55,935 nt of DNA from positions 1 to 55,935 of the IMG/VR virus record IMGVR_UViG_3300042391_000478, one strand, 5' to 3'. Under the pieces are notes generated by a model. It was not told the origin of the DNA and did no database searches. It saw only the letters and a program-made list of their open reading frames with translations. This document shows positions 44,348-54,100 of the stretch, piece by piece. The DNA is from a virus (taxonomy: Duplodnaviria > Caudoviricetes). The first letter of the stretch is position 1. Each line of letters begins with the position of its first letter. The translations under genes and the position numbers were made by a program.

Positions 44348-45061
44348 ATGTTTGGAACAAATTATACAGGTGGTATGTCATATCGTTCTGCCACTGATAT
44401 TAACTCGGCAATGGGCAGAGTTTATGGTAACATGAGTCTAGCGGTGCTGACCAGTATGGTTGTCAGCTACCTAGTAGGCACGTCACCTGAATTACTGGCA
44501 TTCTTTTTTACTGGTGTATTAAAATGGATTGTGATTTTTGCACCACTAGTGGCAATCTTTGCCTATAGTTTTGTCAGTGACGGTTGGTCACGCAGTGGTC
44601 TACAGCTATTCCTACACGGTTTTGCCGCTCTTATGGGATTGAGCTTTGCCACAATTTTTGCCGTGTTCACTATGGGTAGTATTGTGTCGGCATTTATGGG
44701 CGCTGCAATACTATTCGGAGTAATGAGTGGCTATGGATACTTTACTAAGAAAGACCTCAGCGGTGTTGGTCAATTTATGATTATTGGTCTAATTGCCATT
44801 ATCATTGCTAGTATTTTTAATATTGTTATGGCTAGTTTTTGGCCTGGTGCGATCGATAACTTGTTGTTTAGTATGGTAATTAGTGCTTTGGCAATTATTA
44901 TCTTCCTTGGCTTAACTGCCTACGACACACAACGTATTCGTGAGATGGTCAGTGTTGATAATGACGGTACTGAAGAAGTTCGCGGTGCATTAACTTTATA
45001 CATGGACTTCATCAACTTGTTTATTAACCTATTACAGCTATTCGGCATAAAGAAAGACTAA
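44348..45061 (+). CDS. Bax inhibitor-1 / YccA family membrane protein
   Basis: About 7 TM helices, YGYFTKKDLS, AYDTQRI, GALTLYMDFINLF. Confidence 0.92.
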   Translation: MFGTNYTGGMSYRSATDINSAMGRVYGNMSLAVLTSMVVSYLVGTSPELLAFFFTGVLKWIVIFAPLVAIFAYSFVSDGWSRSGLQLFLHGFAALMGLSFATIFAVFTMGSIVSAFMGAAILFGVMSGYGYFTKKDLSGVGQFMIIGLIAIIIASIFNIVMASFWPGAIDNLLFSMVISALAIIIFLGLTAYDTQRIREMVSVDNDGTEEVRGALTLYMDFINLFINLLQLFGIKKD

Positions 45062-45063
45062 AA

Positions 45064-45912
45064 ATGGCACAACACTCAACTTACTGGTCATGTACACCGT
45101 TTGCAGATTGGCTCCGCGGCACTAAAAAACTTAGTGTAGGTACGGCTGAGCAGTGGGACGAGTGGACAACCTCTGCTCAAATGAAGCATAACTTTCGCTA
45201 CTGGTTAGCTGAAGAAGCTCTGGGTCATATCCAGGATTTTGTAACATGGCCTATTAGAAAAATTTACGATGCGAAATACTATATTAATAACCGTTGGGTT
45301 ACTAGGACTCATGCTCTTACTGCTCATCCTAGGGATATCAAGCCTGGTACTTGGTCAGATGTTGGGAACCGTTTTCTCCCATGTCTTTTTAATGAACTAG
45401 TGGACTTTGTGGAAATTGAATCAGCATGGAGTCACATTGCTTGGGGAGACAAAGAAGCTCGCGCAAAGTATGATCCTCCCTTTTGGGCCAGTGGTTGGTT
45501 CCGTTGGCGTACATGGCGTTGCCCGCAAGCAGGTCTTGATCACTTAGATTGGGCAATGACCTTAACTATGGGTAGTGATTGGGGAGTAGAAAAAGATAAT
45601 CCTAATTTTGGCAAGCCTACTGATCAAGCACTTCGAGCCAAAGAGCTTAAAGAACTATACCTATGGTGGACTGTGACTTATCGCAATCGTCCTGACCCAT
45701 ACGATGCTAGTGGATGGACTGAGTATTGTGAAGCAGCTCGCGTGGCCAATGGCGGTAAGCTGAGTTGGATGAGCAAGGATAAAACTCCTGAACTTAAAAA
45801 GATGAGCGATAAGTCACACAAGTTGCTACGAAAAATCGAAGCTGCTTACGAAAAAGAAGATGAAGACATGATGATTCGATTGATTAAAGCTAGGAATAGT
45901 CTATGGACTTGA
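45064..45912 (+). CDS. Trp-rich hypothetical phage protein
   Basis: 282-aa ORF, LVDFVEIE, ELYLWW...R, MMIRLIK. Confidence 0.75.
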   Translation: MAQHSTYWSCTPFADWLRGTKKLSVGTAEQWDEWTTSAQMKHNFRYWLAEEALGHIQDFVTWPIRKIYDAKYYINNRWVTRTHALTAHPRDIKPGTWSDVGNRFLPCLFNELVDFVEIESAWSHIAWGDKEARAKYDPPFWASGWFRWRTWRCPQAGLDHLDWAMTLTMGSDWGVEKDNPNFGKPTDQALRAKELKELYLWWTVTYRNRPDPYDASGWTEYCEAARVANGGKLSWMSKDKTPELKKMSDKSHKLLRKIEAAYEKEDEDMMIRLIKARNSLWT

Positions 45913-46244
45913 CGGTACAAATTCCCGCCGAAGGTATAATGAAAACAAATGATTGGGGAGACTCGAAAGTTTATCGAATTGCCTGCGAGTGCGGCGATGA
46001 GAATCATAATCATAATATGTGGGTAGAAGCAGATGATCATGATATCGTTGTTACTATATATACAACTGGCAAGACTAATTGGTGGAGTAAAACTCGCTGG
46101 TATCATATCTGGACTCTGCTCACTAAGGGCTATATTGATACTGAGTCGAGTGTACATTTAACTCGTCAACAAGCGGTTAACTACGCCAATACATTGACCA
46201 GTGCTATAGAAGATGTAGAACAATTTAGAAAAACTAGTAAGTAA
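45903..46244 (+). CDS. Hypothetical protein
   Basis: CECG..H motif, overlaps the previous stop. Confidence 0.65.
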   Translation: MDLTVQIPAEGIMKTNDWGDSKVYRIACECGDENHNHNMWVEADDHDIVVTIYTTGKTNWWSKTRWYHIWTLLTKGYIDTESSVHLTRQQAVNYANTLTSAIEDVEQFRKTSK

Positions 46245-46289
46245 CTAGAATTGTTTTTGGATAAATATTTGATTAGCGAGGAGACTACA

Positions 46290-46526
46290 ATGAAACTAAT
46301 TACAGCTCTAATTTTAGCATTGAGTTTTGGTTTGGCTAGCGCCAATGATACTAAAACGGTGGATGCTAACGGAAAAAAGATCGAGGCACGTGTACCAAAA
46401 TCAGCAAAAATTGATTGCAAAGACAAGGCAAATGCAGACAAAGTTGAGTGCAAAAAGGCAAGCAAAGAAATGCCAAAAGTTGAAAAACCAAAAGAGACAG
46501 CACCAGCAGACGCTAAAAAGAAATAA
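46290..46526 (+). CDS. Small secreted Lys-rich protein
   Basis: GAGGAG SD, signal peptide MKLITALILALSFGLASA, TAAATA at 46262. Confidence 0.7.
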   Translation: MKLITALILALSFGLASANDTKTVDANGKKIEARVPKSAKIDCKDKANADKVECKKASKEMPKVEKPKETAPADAKKK

Positions 46527-46531
46527 TTTGG

Positions 46532-46574
46532 CCCGCCCCTCTGATGTCATAGACTTACGGGTGGGTTTTCTTTT
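46532..46574 (+). terminator. Probable terminator
   Basis: CCCGCCC/GGGTGGG stem with a long loop, followed by TTTTCTTTT. Confidence 0.45.
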
Positions 46575-46587
46575 GGCTATTTAATGC

Positions 46588-46616
46588 TTGACTTTTGTCT
46601 TCAATGACTATATAAT
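46588..46616 (+). promoter_or_regulatory. sigma70 promoter
   Basis: TTGACT (46588-46593) N17 TATAAT (46611-46616). Confidence 0.8.
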
Positions 46617-46647
46617 AGTTGTATTGTTAAACACAACGGAGTGAAAA

Positions 46648-47859
46648 ATGGCAACAGTAGCAGGCGTAAAAATTAAACCCAAGGCAAAAAAAGAATCTAA
46701 ACGGATTACTAGTGTAACTATTCGACAGAATGCCAAGAAAGATCACAGCCCAGTTTGGGAAGGCACCGAAACACTAGACGCCGCACAATTTTTACGTCAC
46801 TGGCATCGTGCTATGGATTACTATCGCCTCGATGGTGACAGCAAATCATTCAAACCTGCTGTGCTTAAATGGATGGCTACTATCGGTTGCACTAAAGAAG
46901 ACATTGCTGCTTTTAAGAAAACCAAAGATAATCGTTGTTCCACTACTATGGGGTCTATCGCTAGCTGTCTGCTGAGAGGTATGCCACCAGTACGTGAGGA
47001 CTTCAACGACGGCCGAGATACCGCAAAATGGTTGCTCTCAGCTATTAGCAAAGTAGTTGAAGAAGGCAAAAACGATATCGATGCAGATGAAGTTGTAGAA
47101 GTGAAATCTACAGTAGTACAGCCAACAATTCAAGAACGTGTACGTGATGCGGCCATGAGAATGACTGAAGAGATCGAAGAAGCTCTCGATAGCTTTCAAA
47201 CAGACCCAGAAAACTTTGATCCAAAAGCATTTAAGATGCTTAACCTGCTCAAAGGTAAAGAAGTTAAGGCAGCTCATGCACGTTTGATTAAAGGTTACTA
47301 CGAACGCGATTTAGCAGAACTTACCGAACTTGCTAGCGGCAAGGCAGATGAGCAATTGAAAGAAGGCTACAGCCATCGTTCAAAGAAGCAGATCAAGAAC
47401 TTGATTGTGTTCTATCAAGAAATTATGAGTGCATGTGATATGCTTGCACAAGAAGCTAAGGTCAATCGTGCGCCCCGTGCTAAGAAGTCTGTTCCGGCTG
47501 AAAAGTTGGTTGCTAAATTAAAGTTCATGAAGACTAATGAGCCACTTAAATTGGTCAGTGTTAATCCTGTTGACATCATCGGTGCAGGAGAATTGTGGAT
47601 CTATAATACTAAGAGCCGTAAGCTAGGCAAGTATGTGGCTGCTGAGTTCCAGACGCTGGGTGTCAAAGGTACTAGTCTTACCGGTTTTGATGAGCACAAA
47701 AGTATCTGCAAGACACTCCGTAAGCCAGAAGAAAAACTCAAAGAGTTTAAGGCAGCTGGCAAGATTGCACTGCGTAAATTCTTAGACGATATTAATGCGA
47801 CTGACACTAAAATGAACGGTCGATTTAATGAAGAAATTATTTTGCTCAAGGTAGCTTGA
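46648..47859 (+). CDS. Hypothetical phage protein (basic)
   Basis: 403 aa, LKEGYSH, LW.YNTK.RKL..Y, KTLRKP, NGR.N. Confidence 0.8.
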   Translation: MATVAGVKIKPKAKKESKRITSVTIRQNAKKDHSPVWEGTETLDAAQFLRHWHRAMDYYRLDGDSKSFKPAVLKWMATIGCTKEDIAAFKKTKDNRCSTTMGSIASCLLRGMPPVREDFNDGRDTAKWLLSAISKVVEEGKNDIDADEVVEVKSTVVQPTIQERVRDAAMRMTEEIEEALDSFQTDPENFDPKAFKMLNLLKGKEVKAAHARLIKGYYERDLAELTELASGKADEQLKEGYSHRSKKQIKNLIVFYQEIMSACDMLAQEAKVNRAPRAKKSVPAEKLVAKLKFMKTNEPLKLVSVNPVDIIGAGELWIYNTKSRKLGKYVAAEFQTLGVKGTSLTGFDEHKSICKTLRKPEEKLKEFKAAGKIALRKFLDDINATDTKMNGRFNEEIILLKVA

Positions 47860-47872
47860 GCTAAGTACTTAC

Positions 47873-47920
47873 AGCGGACTTTAACGTCATTCATCCCGCT
47901 ATATAAACTCTGCATGTCGT
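47873..47920 (+). ncRNA. Candidate preQ1-I-like riboswitch / pseudoknot leader of queD
   Basis: P1 AGCGG/CCGCT, 18-nt loop ending CATC, tail ATATAAAC. Loop ACGTCAT can pair with ATGTCGT (47914-47920). Confidence 0.45.
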
Positions 47921-47948
47921 CACTTGCTCATACATAAGGAGACTAGAG

Positions 47949-48476
47949 ATGGCAAAATATCTTTCAACAAAAACATACGGTAACGACAGAGGTCTGAGTT
48001 GCTGTTTTAGACAATGGCGATCAGTTCATAGCCATTGTTCTATGCTACACGGATACTCAATCGGTATCAAACTAATCTTTGAATCAGAAACACTAGACGA
48101 CCGTAACTGGGTTATGGACTTTGGTGGACTCAAAGCATTCAAGGAATGGGCCGATTGGCAGTTTGATCATACTATGGTCATTGCTAAAGATGATCCAGAA
48201 CGTGGTACGTTTGTAGAACTAAACAAAATCCAAGGTGGTTTTAAAAACATGGGCATCATTGATCTACGCATTGTAGATGGTGTAGGTTGTGAAAAGTTTG
48301 CTGAATTAGCTTACAATACTATGAAAGAAATTCTAGAAGCATATCAAGAAAACCGAAGCTGGACACACCCGGATGGACGTGTATTCGAAGCTCGCTATCC
48401 AGTAGGTGCAGGGGTTAAACTGCAAAGTGCAGAGGTGTTTGAACATGCTGGTAATTCGGCAATTTACCAAGCATAA
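47949..48476 (+). CDS. queD: 6-carboxy-5,6,7,8-tetrahydropterin synthase (QueD/PTPS)
   Basis: SHCSMLHGY, WVMDFGGLK, FDH, GCEKFAE, VFEH..NSA. Confidence 0.9.
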   Translation: MAKYLSTKTYGNDRGLSCCFRQWRSVHSHCSMLHGYSIGIKLIFESETLDDRNWVMDFGGLKAFKEWADWQFDHTMVIAKDDPERGTFVELNKIQGGFKNMGIIDLRIVDGVGCEKFAELAYNTMKEILEAYQENRSWTHPDGRVFEARYPVGAGVKLQSAEVFEHAGNSAIYQA

Positions 48477-48481
48477 ACTAC

Positions 48482-48510
48482 TAGACATATCTAGACATAC
48501 ATGCTATAAT
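48482..48510 (+). promoter_or_regulatory. sigma70 promoter of uvsE
   Basis: TAGACA (48482-48487) N17 TATAAT (48505-48510) with TG extension. Confidence 0.7.
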
Positions 48511-48529
48511 CATGTATGTCTATTTTTTT
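48492..48529 (+). terminator. Intrinsic terminator of queD overlapping the uvsE promoter
   Basis: TAGACATACATG / CATGTATGTCTA 12-bp stem plus T7. The loop contains TATAAT. Confidence 0.75.
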
Positions 48530-48540
48530 GATTGTATAAA

Positions 48541-49554
48541 ATGATTAAACGTATCGGATTTGCTTGTAAATGGATTGATGATCCCAGTCAGGTCAACGGC
48601 ATTAAGCCAAAGGATCCTGCTAAAATCTATAATACTGGTTCAACTACTGTTGCTTGGTTAAATAGACAAAGCAAGGATGTAGCTGTTGAGAAGTTGTGGT
48701 CCCTAATGAAAAACAACATCGAATCTACTCGCTTGTTAGTTGAACGTGTAGGAGCACTAGATGAAACTTTTAGAATGGTACGACTCAGTAGCGATATACT
48801 TCCTGTATATACTCAGCATGACTGGAGCTGGTTTTGGCGGGATGGCGATGTTAGAACCTATGCAGAAAGAGAATTTAGAAAGGTGGGAGATCTGGCTCGC
48901 AAGATGGGTGTTCGGCTTAGTTTTCATCCTGGCCAGTTTACTGTGTTGGCTAGCGATAACTCGGATATTGTAGATCGAAGCATAGAGGAGTTTGAATATC
49001 ATGCAGATATGGCCAGGTACATGGGCTACGGTAAATCCTTTCAGGACTTTAAGATCAACGTCCACATCTCGGGTCGTGCCGGCCCCGAAGGTATTCGATC
49101 TGCCTACACAAGACTTACCCCCGAAGCAAGAAATTGTATTACAATTGAAAACGAAGAAAACTCGTGGGGCTTAGATGATTGCCTTAGTATTTCTGATATT
49201 ATCCCTATTGTGCTTGATGTACATCATCATTGGATTAGGGAAGGAGAATACATCCAAAGTACTGACCAGCGAGTGCGGGCGGTTGTGGACAGTTGGCGTG
49301 GTGTGCGTCCTGCTATGCATTACTCCGTATCTAGAGAAGATTATCTCATCGGACACAATGCAGACATTATGCCAGATTATAAAACTCTGTTAGAGTCCGG
49401 CTATAAAAAACAGAAACTTAGAGCGCACAGCGATTTTTACTGGAACCATCAGACGAACAAATGGGCAGTGTCGTTTTTAGATCAATTTGATATCATGTGC
49501 GAATCAAAAGGTAAAAACCTAGCCAGTAGAACACTAGCTAATTATATAACATAA
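48541..49554 (+). CDS. uvsE: UV damage endonuclease
   Basis: RIGFAC, RLSSD, RLSFHPGQF.VL, INVH, IENEE, LDVHH, HYS, AHSD, DIMCE.K.K. Confidence 0.92.
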   Translation: MIKRIGFACKWIDDPSQVNGIKPKDPAKIYNTGSTTVAWLNRQSKDVAVEKLWSLMKNNIESTRLLVERVGALDETFRMVRLSSDILPVYTQHDWSWFWRDGDVRTYAEREFRKVGDLARKMGVRLSFHPGQFTVLASDNSDIVDRSIEEFEYHADMARYMGYGKSFQDFKINVHISGRAGPEGIRSAYTRLTPEARNCITIENEENSWGLDDCLSISDIIPIVLDVHHHWIREGEYIQSTDQRVRAVVDSWRGVRPAMHYSVSREDYLIGHNADIMPDYKTLLESGYKKQKLRAHSDFYWNHQTNKWAVSFLDQFDIMCESKGKNLASRTLANYIT

Positions 49555-49581
49555 TAAAAGGGCGTGATGCCCTTTTATTAT
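49551..49581. terminator. Bidirectional terminator between convergent genes
   Basis: ATAATAAAAGGGC-GTGAT-GCCCTTTTATTAT. Confidence 0.85.
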
Positions 49582-49841
49582 TTTGTTTTACGTGGCTTTT
49601 TTACAGCTGGTTTTGCGCCAGTGGACTTTTTAACACGTGGCTTCTTAGCTGGTGCTTGAGTAACAGCATCAGTAATCTGTGGATCAACTACTGCTGTTAC
49701 TACTGGTGCTACAGCTACAGCTGGCACTTCGACCGCTGGCACTTCAATTACCGGCGCCGCTGGTGTATCAATCTTATAAGGTGCCTCTGGGGCTGCTTCA
49801 GGCTTTTTGCCTGTAAAAAACTCTTTAATTGCTTTGAACAT
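49578..49841 (-). CDS. Small Ala/Pro/Val/Lys-rich protein
   Basis: AGGAGG SD, TATAAATA upstream on -, basic C-terminus AKKPRVKK. Confidence 0.75.
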   Translation of the reverse strand: MFKAIKEFFTGKKPEAAPEAPYKIDTPAAPVIEVPAVEVPAVAVAPVVTAVVDPQITDAVTQAPAKKPRVKKSTGAKPAVKKPRKTK

Positions 49842-49861
49842 AATGTTCCTCCTTGAGCTTT

Positions 49862-49877
49862 TATTTATAGCTAAATA
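49862..49877. promoter_or_regulatory. Divergent late-type promoters
   Basis: TATAAATA on - (49862-49869). TAAATA on + (49872-49877) 4 nt before ATG 49882. Confidence 0.65.
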
Positions 49878-49881
49878 CAGT

Positions 49882-50442
49882 ATGCATCAAGAAATATTAA
49901 AATGGCAGCAGATCGTAGAAGGTAAAACAGAAACACTTTCTTTAGAATCATTACCTTACGGCAAAAGTGACCTAGCACCGTGCATTAGTAAAAATACCAT
50001 TGATTATCACTACGCTGAACTAGCACAGGGCTATGTAACACGTTTCAATAAAGGCGAAGGTGATAAAGACTTTAATCGAGCGGGTGCGTTTTTGCATAAC
50101 ATTTTGTTTCCGCAGTATCAAAAACCTACCAATAAGAATGCTCCGACTGGTCCTGCATCAGAATTTATTGTAAAACATTTTAAAACTTACGATAAATTTA
50201 AAGAAGAATTTACTAAAGTAGCTATGGCTATACAAGGTAGCGGCTGGGCATACTTGGCTAAGAACGGCAAGATAAAAACCATTGTAAACCACGAAATAAA
50301 AGAAGATATCGTATTATTGATCGACTGGTGGGAACATGCGTGGGCTTTAGATTATAATAGCGATAAAGCCAAATACTTAGAAAATCAATGGAAGATTATC
50401 AACTGGAACGTGATTAGTTCTAGAGTTGGTCTAGAGTCTTAA
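49882..50442 (+). CDS. Fe/Mn superoxide dismutase
   Basis: LPY...LAP.IS..T..YH, FN....LH..LF, QGSGW.YL, DWWEHA. Confidence 0.9.
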   Translation: MHQEILKWQQIVEGKTETLSLESLPYGKSDLAPCISKNTIDYHYAELAQGYVTRFNKGEGDKDFNRAGAFLHNILFPQYQKPTNKNAPTGPASEFIVKHFKTYDKFKEEFTKVAMAIQGSGWAYLAKNGKIKTIVNHEIKEDIVLLIDWWEHAWALDYNSDKAKYLENQWKIINWNVISSRVGLES

Positions 50443-50707
50443 GACTACTTACTGGCATATCCCATATCTTTCTAGATTCAACTCCCTTACTCTGGGCAAA
50501 TTTTTTAGCATCACAATCGCCGCACACGTGGTAAAAATTGTTGTTTAAGCGTTTGGGATCAATGTTGCCTTTGTCTCTATTGAATATCCCTGTGCAACAA
50601 TCACATCTAAAAACAATCACCGTCTTCTTACGATAATAAACATGCACCTTACCGTGCTTACTGGTACGATAGTGCTGGGTTAGTCGAAATTCAGATCCAA
50701 TATACAT
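50420..50707 (-). CDS. Zinc-finger hypothetical protein
   Basis: FRCDCC...HVCGDC. TAAATA 5 nt before the ATG. Confidence 0.7.
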   Translation of the reverse strand: MYIGSEFRLTQHYRTSKHGKVHVYYRKKTVIVFRCDCCTGIFNRDKGNIDPKRLNNNFYHVCGDCDAKKFAQSKGVESRKIWDMPVSSLKTLDQL

Positions 50708-50712
50708 AACTG

Positions 50713-50748
50713 TATTTACATTAAGGTTATAAAAACTTTCGATAAATA
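50713..50748. promoter_or_regulatory. Divergent late-type TAAATA promoters
   Basis: TAAATA on - (50713-50718) and on + (50743-50748). Confidence 0.55.
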
Positions 50749-50766
50749 TCATATCGAGGGCTTAAA

Positions 50767-51120
50767 ATGATCACAATTTCGGAATCAGCAAGAACAAAAA
50801 TTAAAGATTTACTCACAGAGGAAGGAAATCCCAAACTATCGTTGCGTACATTTGTACAAGGTGGCGGATGCAGTGGATTTAGTTATGGATTTACATTTGA
50901 CGAAGAAATTAATGAAGACGACTTCGCTGTTGAATTAGACGAATTTAAAGTATTAGTAGATGCTATGAGTATGCAGTATCTAACTGGTGCGGTTATAGAC
51001 TACAAAGAAGACATAATGGGTGCTAGTTTTAGTATCAACAATCCTCAAGCTCAATCAACATGCGGTTGCGGAAGTAGTTTTTCAATGGCGGATGATCACT
51101 TTGACCACCTAGGGGATTAA
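50767..51120 (+). CDS. erpA: A-type Fe-S cluster carrier (ErpA/IscA/HesB)
   Basis: [45 protein letters not shown]. Confidence 0.9.
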   Translation: MITISESARTKIKDLLTEEGNPKLSLRTFVQGGGCSGFSYGFTFDEEINEDDFAVELDEFKVLVDAMSMQYLTGAVIDYKEDIMGASFSINNPQAQSTCGCGSSFSMADDHFDHLGD

Positions 51121-51121
51121 C

Positions 51122-54100
51122 ATGGCAAGACAAAACGTAGACATTGGCGTACAAGGTAATGACGGTACAGGCGACAGTATTCGCGAATCATTTCGAAAAG
51201 TAAACGATAACTTTATACAGTTATTTTCAATTTTTGGAGCCGGCGATACTATTAGTTTTAAAGATCTCGACGACACTCCGAGCACCTATGGAGCTGATCA
51301 AGTAATTGTTTCCAATACAGACGGTGACGGATTATTGGCCAAAGACCTAGTAGGTGGTGAAGGTATTGCTGTTGATCACAGTGACGAAAACGAAATTCGT
51401 ATTATCAGTACTGGCGGAAAAGTCGGTAATGATATTAAACCGCAACTCGGCGGGCATCTAAATGCACAGTTATTTTCGATTGGAAATCTTGCAGAACCTA
51501 CAGATGAAACTGCAGATTCTTTTAATTCTCTGCACGATACTAGCATAACTTCTGATGAGTTAGTAATTACCAAAGGATTTGCAGATCAACGCTATTTACA
51601 AGCCACCGGCGGGCCCGGCACTGGTAGTCAAATTCGTGTAAGAGATGAACCATTAACTGTCGATGAGTATACTATTGAAATCGATGCATGGAATAGTGGG
51701 TATGCACAAATTCCAGATCACGGATTTAACAGCGGATCGAATGGTATCTCTTTTATATACAACATTACAGGCACGGCTCCGGCTACAGGATTAACAGCAG
51801 GTACTACCTACTATCTGCGTTATCTCGATAAAAATAGATTATCAGTACACGAAACTCCAGAAGACGCAATTAGCGGTGATGCAAGAATCGTCGTTAACGA
51901 TCCTGCGGTTAGTCCTTCCACAGCACCGGGTGTTGAAACATTTGTTGATGCAAGTTTTGATCCAACGTTAGCAGGTAAATGGGTTAGTAACGAAGCACTT
52001 CCAAGAAAAGCCATTGTTCGCAGACAAGGCGATACTATGGATGGTCCGCTATATCTGTCAGATCATCCTGGAGAATTTGCAGGTGCAGGAAGTCCCAACG
52101 GTCCAGATGATCTACAAGCTGCCACAAAATTCTATGTAGATAGTTCTAGTTTTGCATCTCAAACAAATCTATTTGTTGCAACATCAGGTACTGACGAGCA
52201 AGACGATGTTCCTGAAGAAAAACGAGGACGAGCATTTGCCTATGCATATGCTAGCGTCAATGCTGCCTGTGTTAGAGCAGAAGAAATAATTAATAATTCG
52301 CAACGGGAACCCGGTCCTTACAGACAAGTGTTAACCTATGACGGCGGAACAAATAACTGTTACCTAAATACTGTTGATGTAGGGGTTGGTAGTAATAGAA
52401 CACTAAACGTATATTCTACAGTGCTAGGCGTTGACCAAACTAAAGATGCAGCCAATAAAGATCTACGTGAAGGTAGCATTATTAGAGGATTACGCAGCGG
52501 CGCAACCGGTTTAGTGTTGGCCTATGACGGCATCGTAACTCCTGACAGTGTTTATCAGATAGCATTGCTACACAACAGAACTGATCCAGTCTATTTCCAA
52601 AGCGATTATTTTTATGCATCTAATAGGTTAGAACTCAATAAAGACTTTATTGTATTTGAAGTTACTGAATTTATCAAAGCAAAATATCCTAGTTTAGAAT
52701 TTGACCAGGTTAAATCTCGTCGAGATACCGGAATACTAGTTGATGCATTAGTACATGATATCAAATACGGCGGAAATATCAAAAGCATAAAAGCAGCTAG
52801 AGCGTTTTGGAATGGACTTTCATCAGTCCTGTCGTCAACTGAAAAAGCACCTTGCATAGACGGGATTAACTACATTAATTTGCTTGCACAAAGCATTATT
52901 GATAACTCATTAATTCCTACAGTAACATTACCTGATACATTCTTAGTACGTAGACGATCTGCTCAGGTACAAAATGTATCGGGCACAGTGGGAGAAGCTG
53001 GCTCGGATAGTTTAATTGCGCAACTAGTAGCAAGCATAAGCGAAATTGTTGAATACGGTATCGATGGAAATTCTACATTATTAGAATTCATCGAAGGCGA
53101 AACTCTAGAGTTTGGGCAACCGGTTCCTGAAACTCAAATAACTGTTCGTATCGAAACAGGTGTTTACTACGAGCAATACCCTATTAAAGTTTCCACTAAC
53201 GTATCCATCAAGGGTGACGAGTTTAGACGAGTAATTATTCGTCCAGCACCTGGTATTAGTACAAGTAAATGGGCAGGCACATACTTTTATAGAGATGACG
53301 AATTTGACGGATTAGTTAGATCATATGATCTAACAGGAGGTAGCAGTGTAGGAACTACTATCACAGTAGATGATACAACTGGATTAGAATCAGACATGCA
53401 GGTCTTTGTAACAGGGGGCACTGGAGAGTTCCCTGCAAATACTAAAATTATAGCTGTTACTGGCTCAACCAATTTCACAGTTGCTCATGCTCCTACAGTA
53501 GCGTTGTCCGGAGCCACAGTTCGTGCGCTGAATAATTCTGGCCTAGCACCGTTAGGTGATAATTTTGGATACCACTATCTAACAAATCCTACCGATTCTA
53601 CAAGTCCACCTAAAGATAACAAGTACATGGATGTGTTCTTGATGAATGACGGAACAATATTGCGTAATATTACAGGTCAGGGACACGGCGGTTTCATGTG
53701 CGTATTAGATCCAGAAGGACAAATACAAACTAAATCTCCGTATATGCAAACATGTACTAGTCTTAGCGGTAGTATTAATAAACAACGATTTGCCGGTGGT
53801 CAGTATATCGATGGCTTTGCTGGAAATATTCCAGCAACTATCGTTGGAAAGAATTCAACACTTGAATTAGAACTAAGTGGATTGACCGTTAGACAACCCT
53901 TGATCCCTACTAGCTTTGTAATAAATGGTATTCGATATCAAGTTAACGAAGTTAATAATTACAATAAGCCTGCAGGTACAGCCACTATTACACTAGATGC
54001 TGCAACTCCTTATCTTCCATCATGGTCTGCACCGATTGATATAATTATTCAAACGCCTGGCAACAGGTCAATGTTATCCAACGACTTTACACAGGTCAAT

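Noticed and set aside
46546-46554. GTCATAGAC resembling the NAD-leader ATAGAC loop
   Set aside because: Lacks the GCG/CGC stem, lies in a probable terminator loop and is not ahead of an NAD gene
36182-49581. Shared AATAAAAGGGC/GCCCTTTTATT arms at 36182 and 49553 as a mobile repeat
   Set aside because: Adequately explained as a common intrinsic-terminator design
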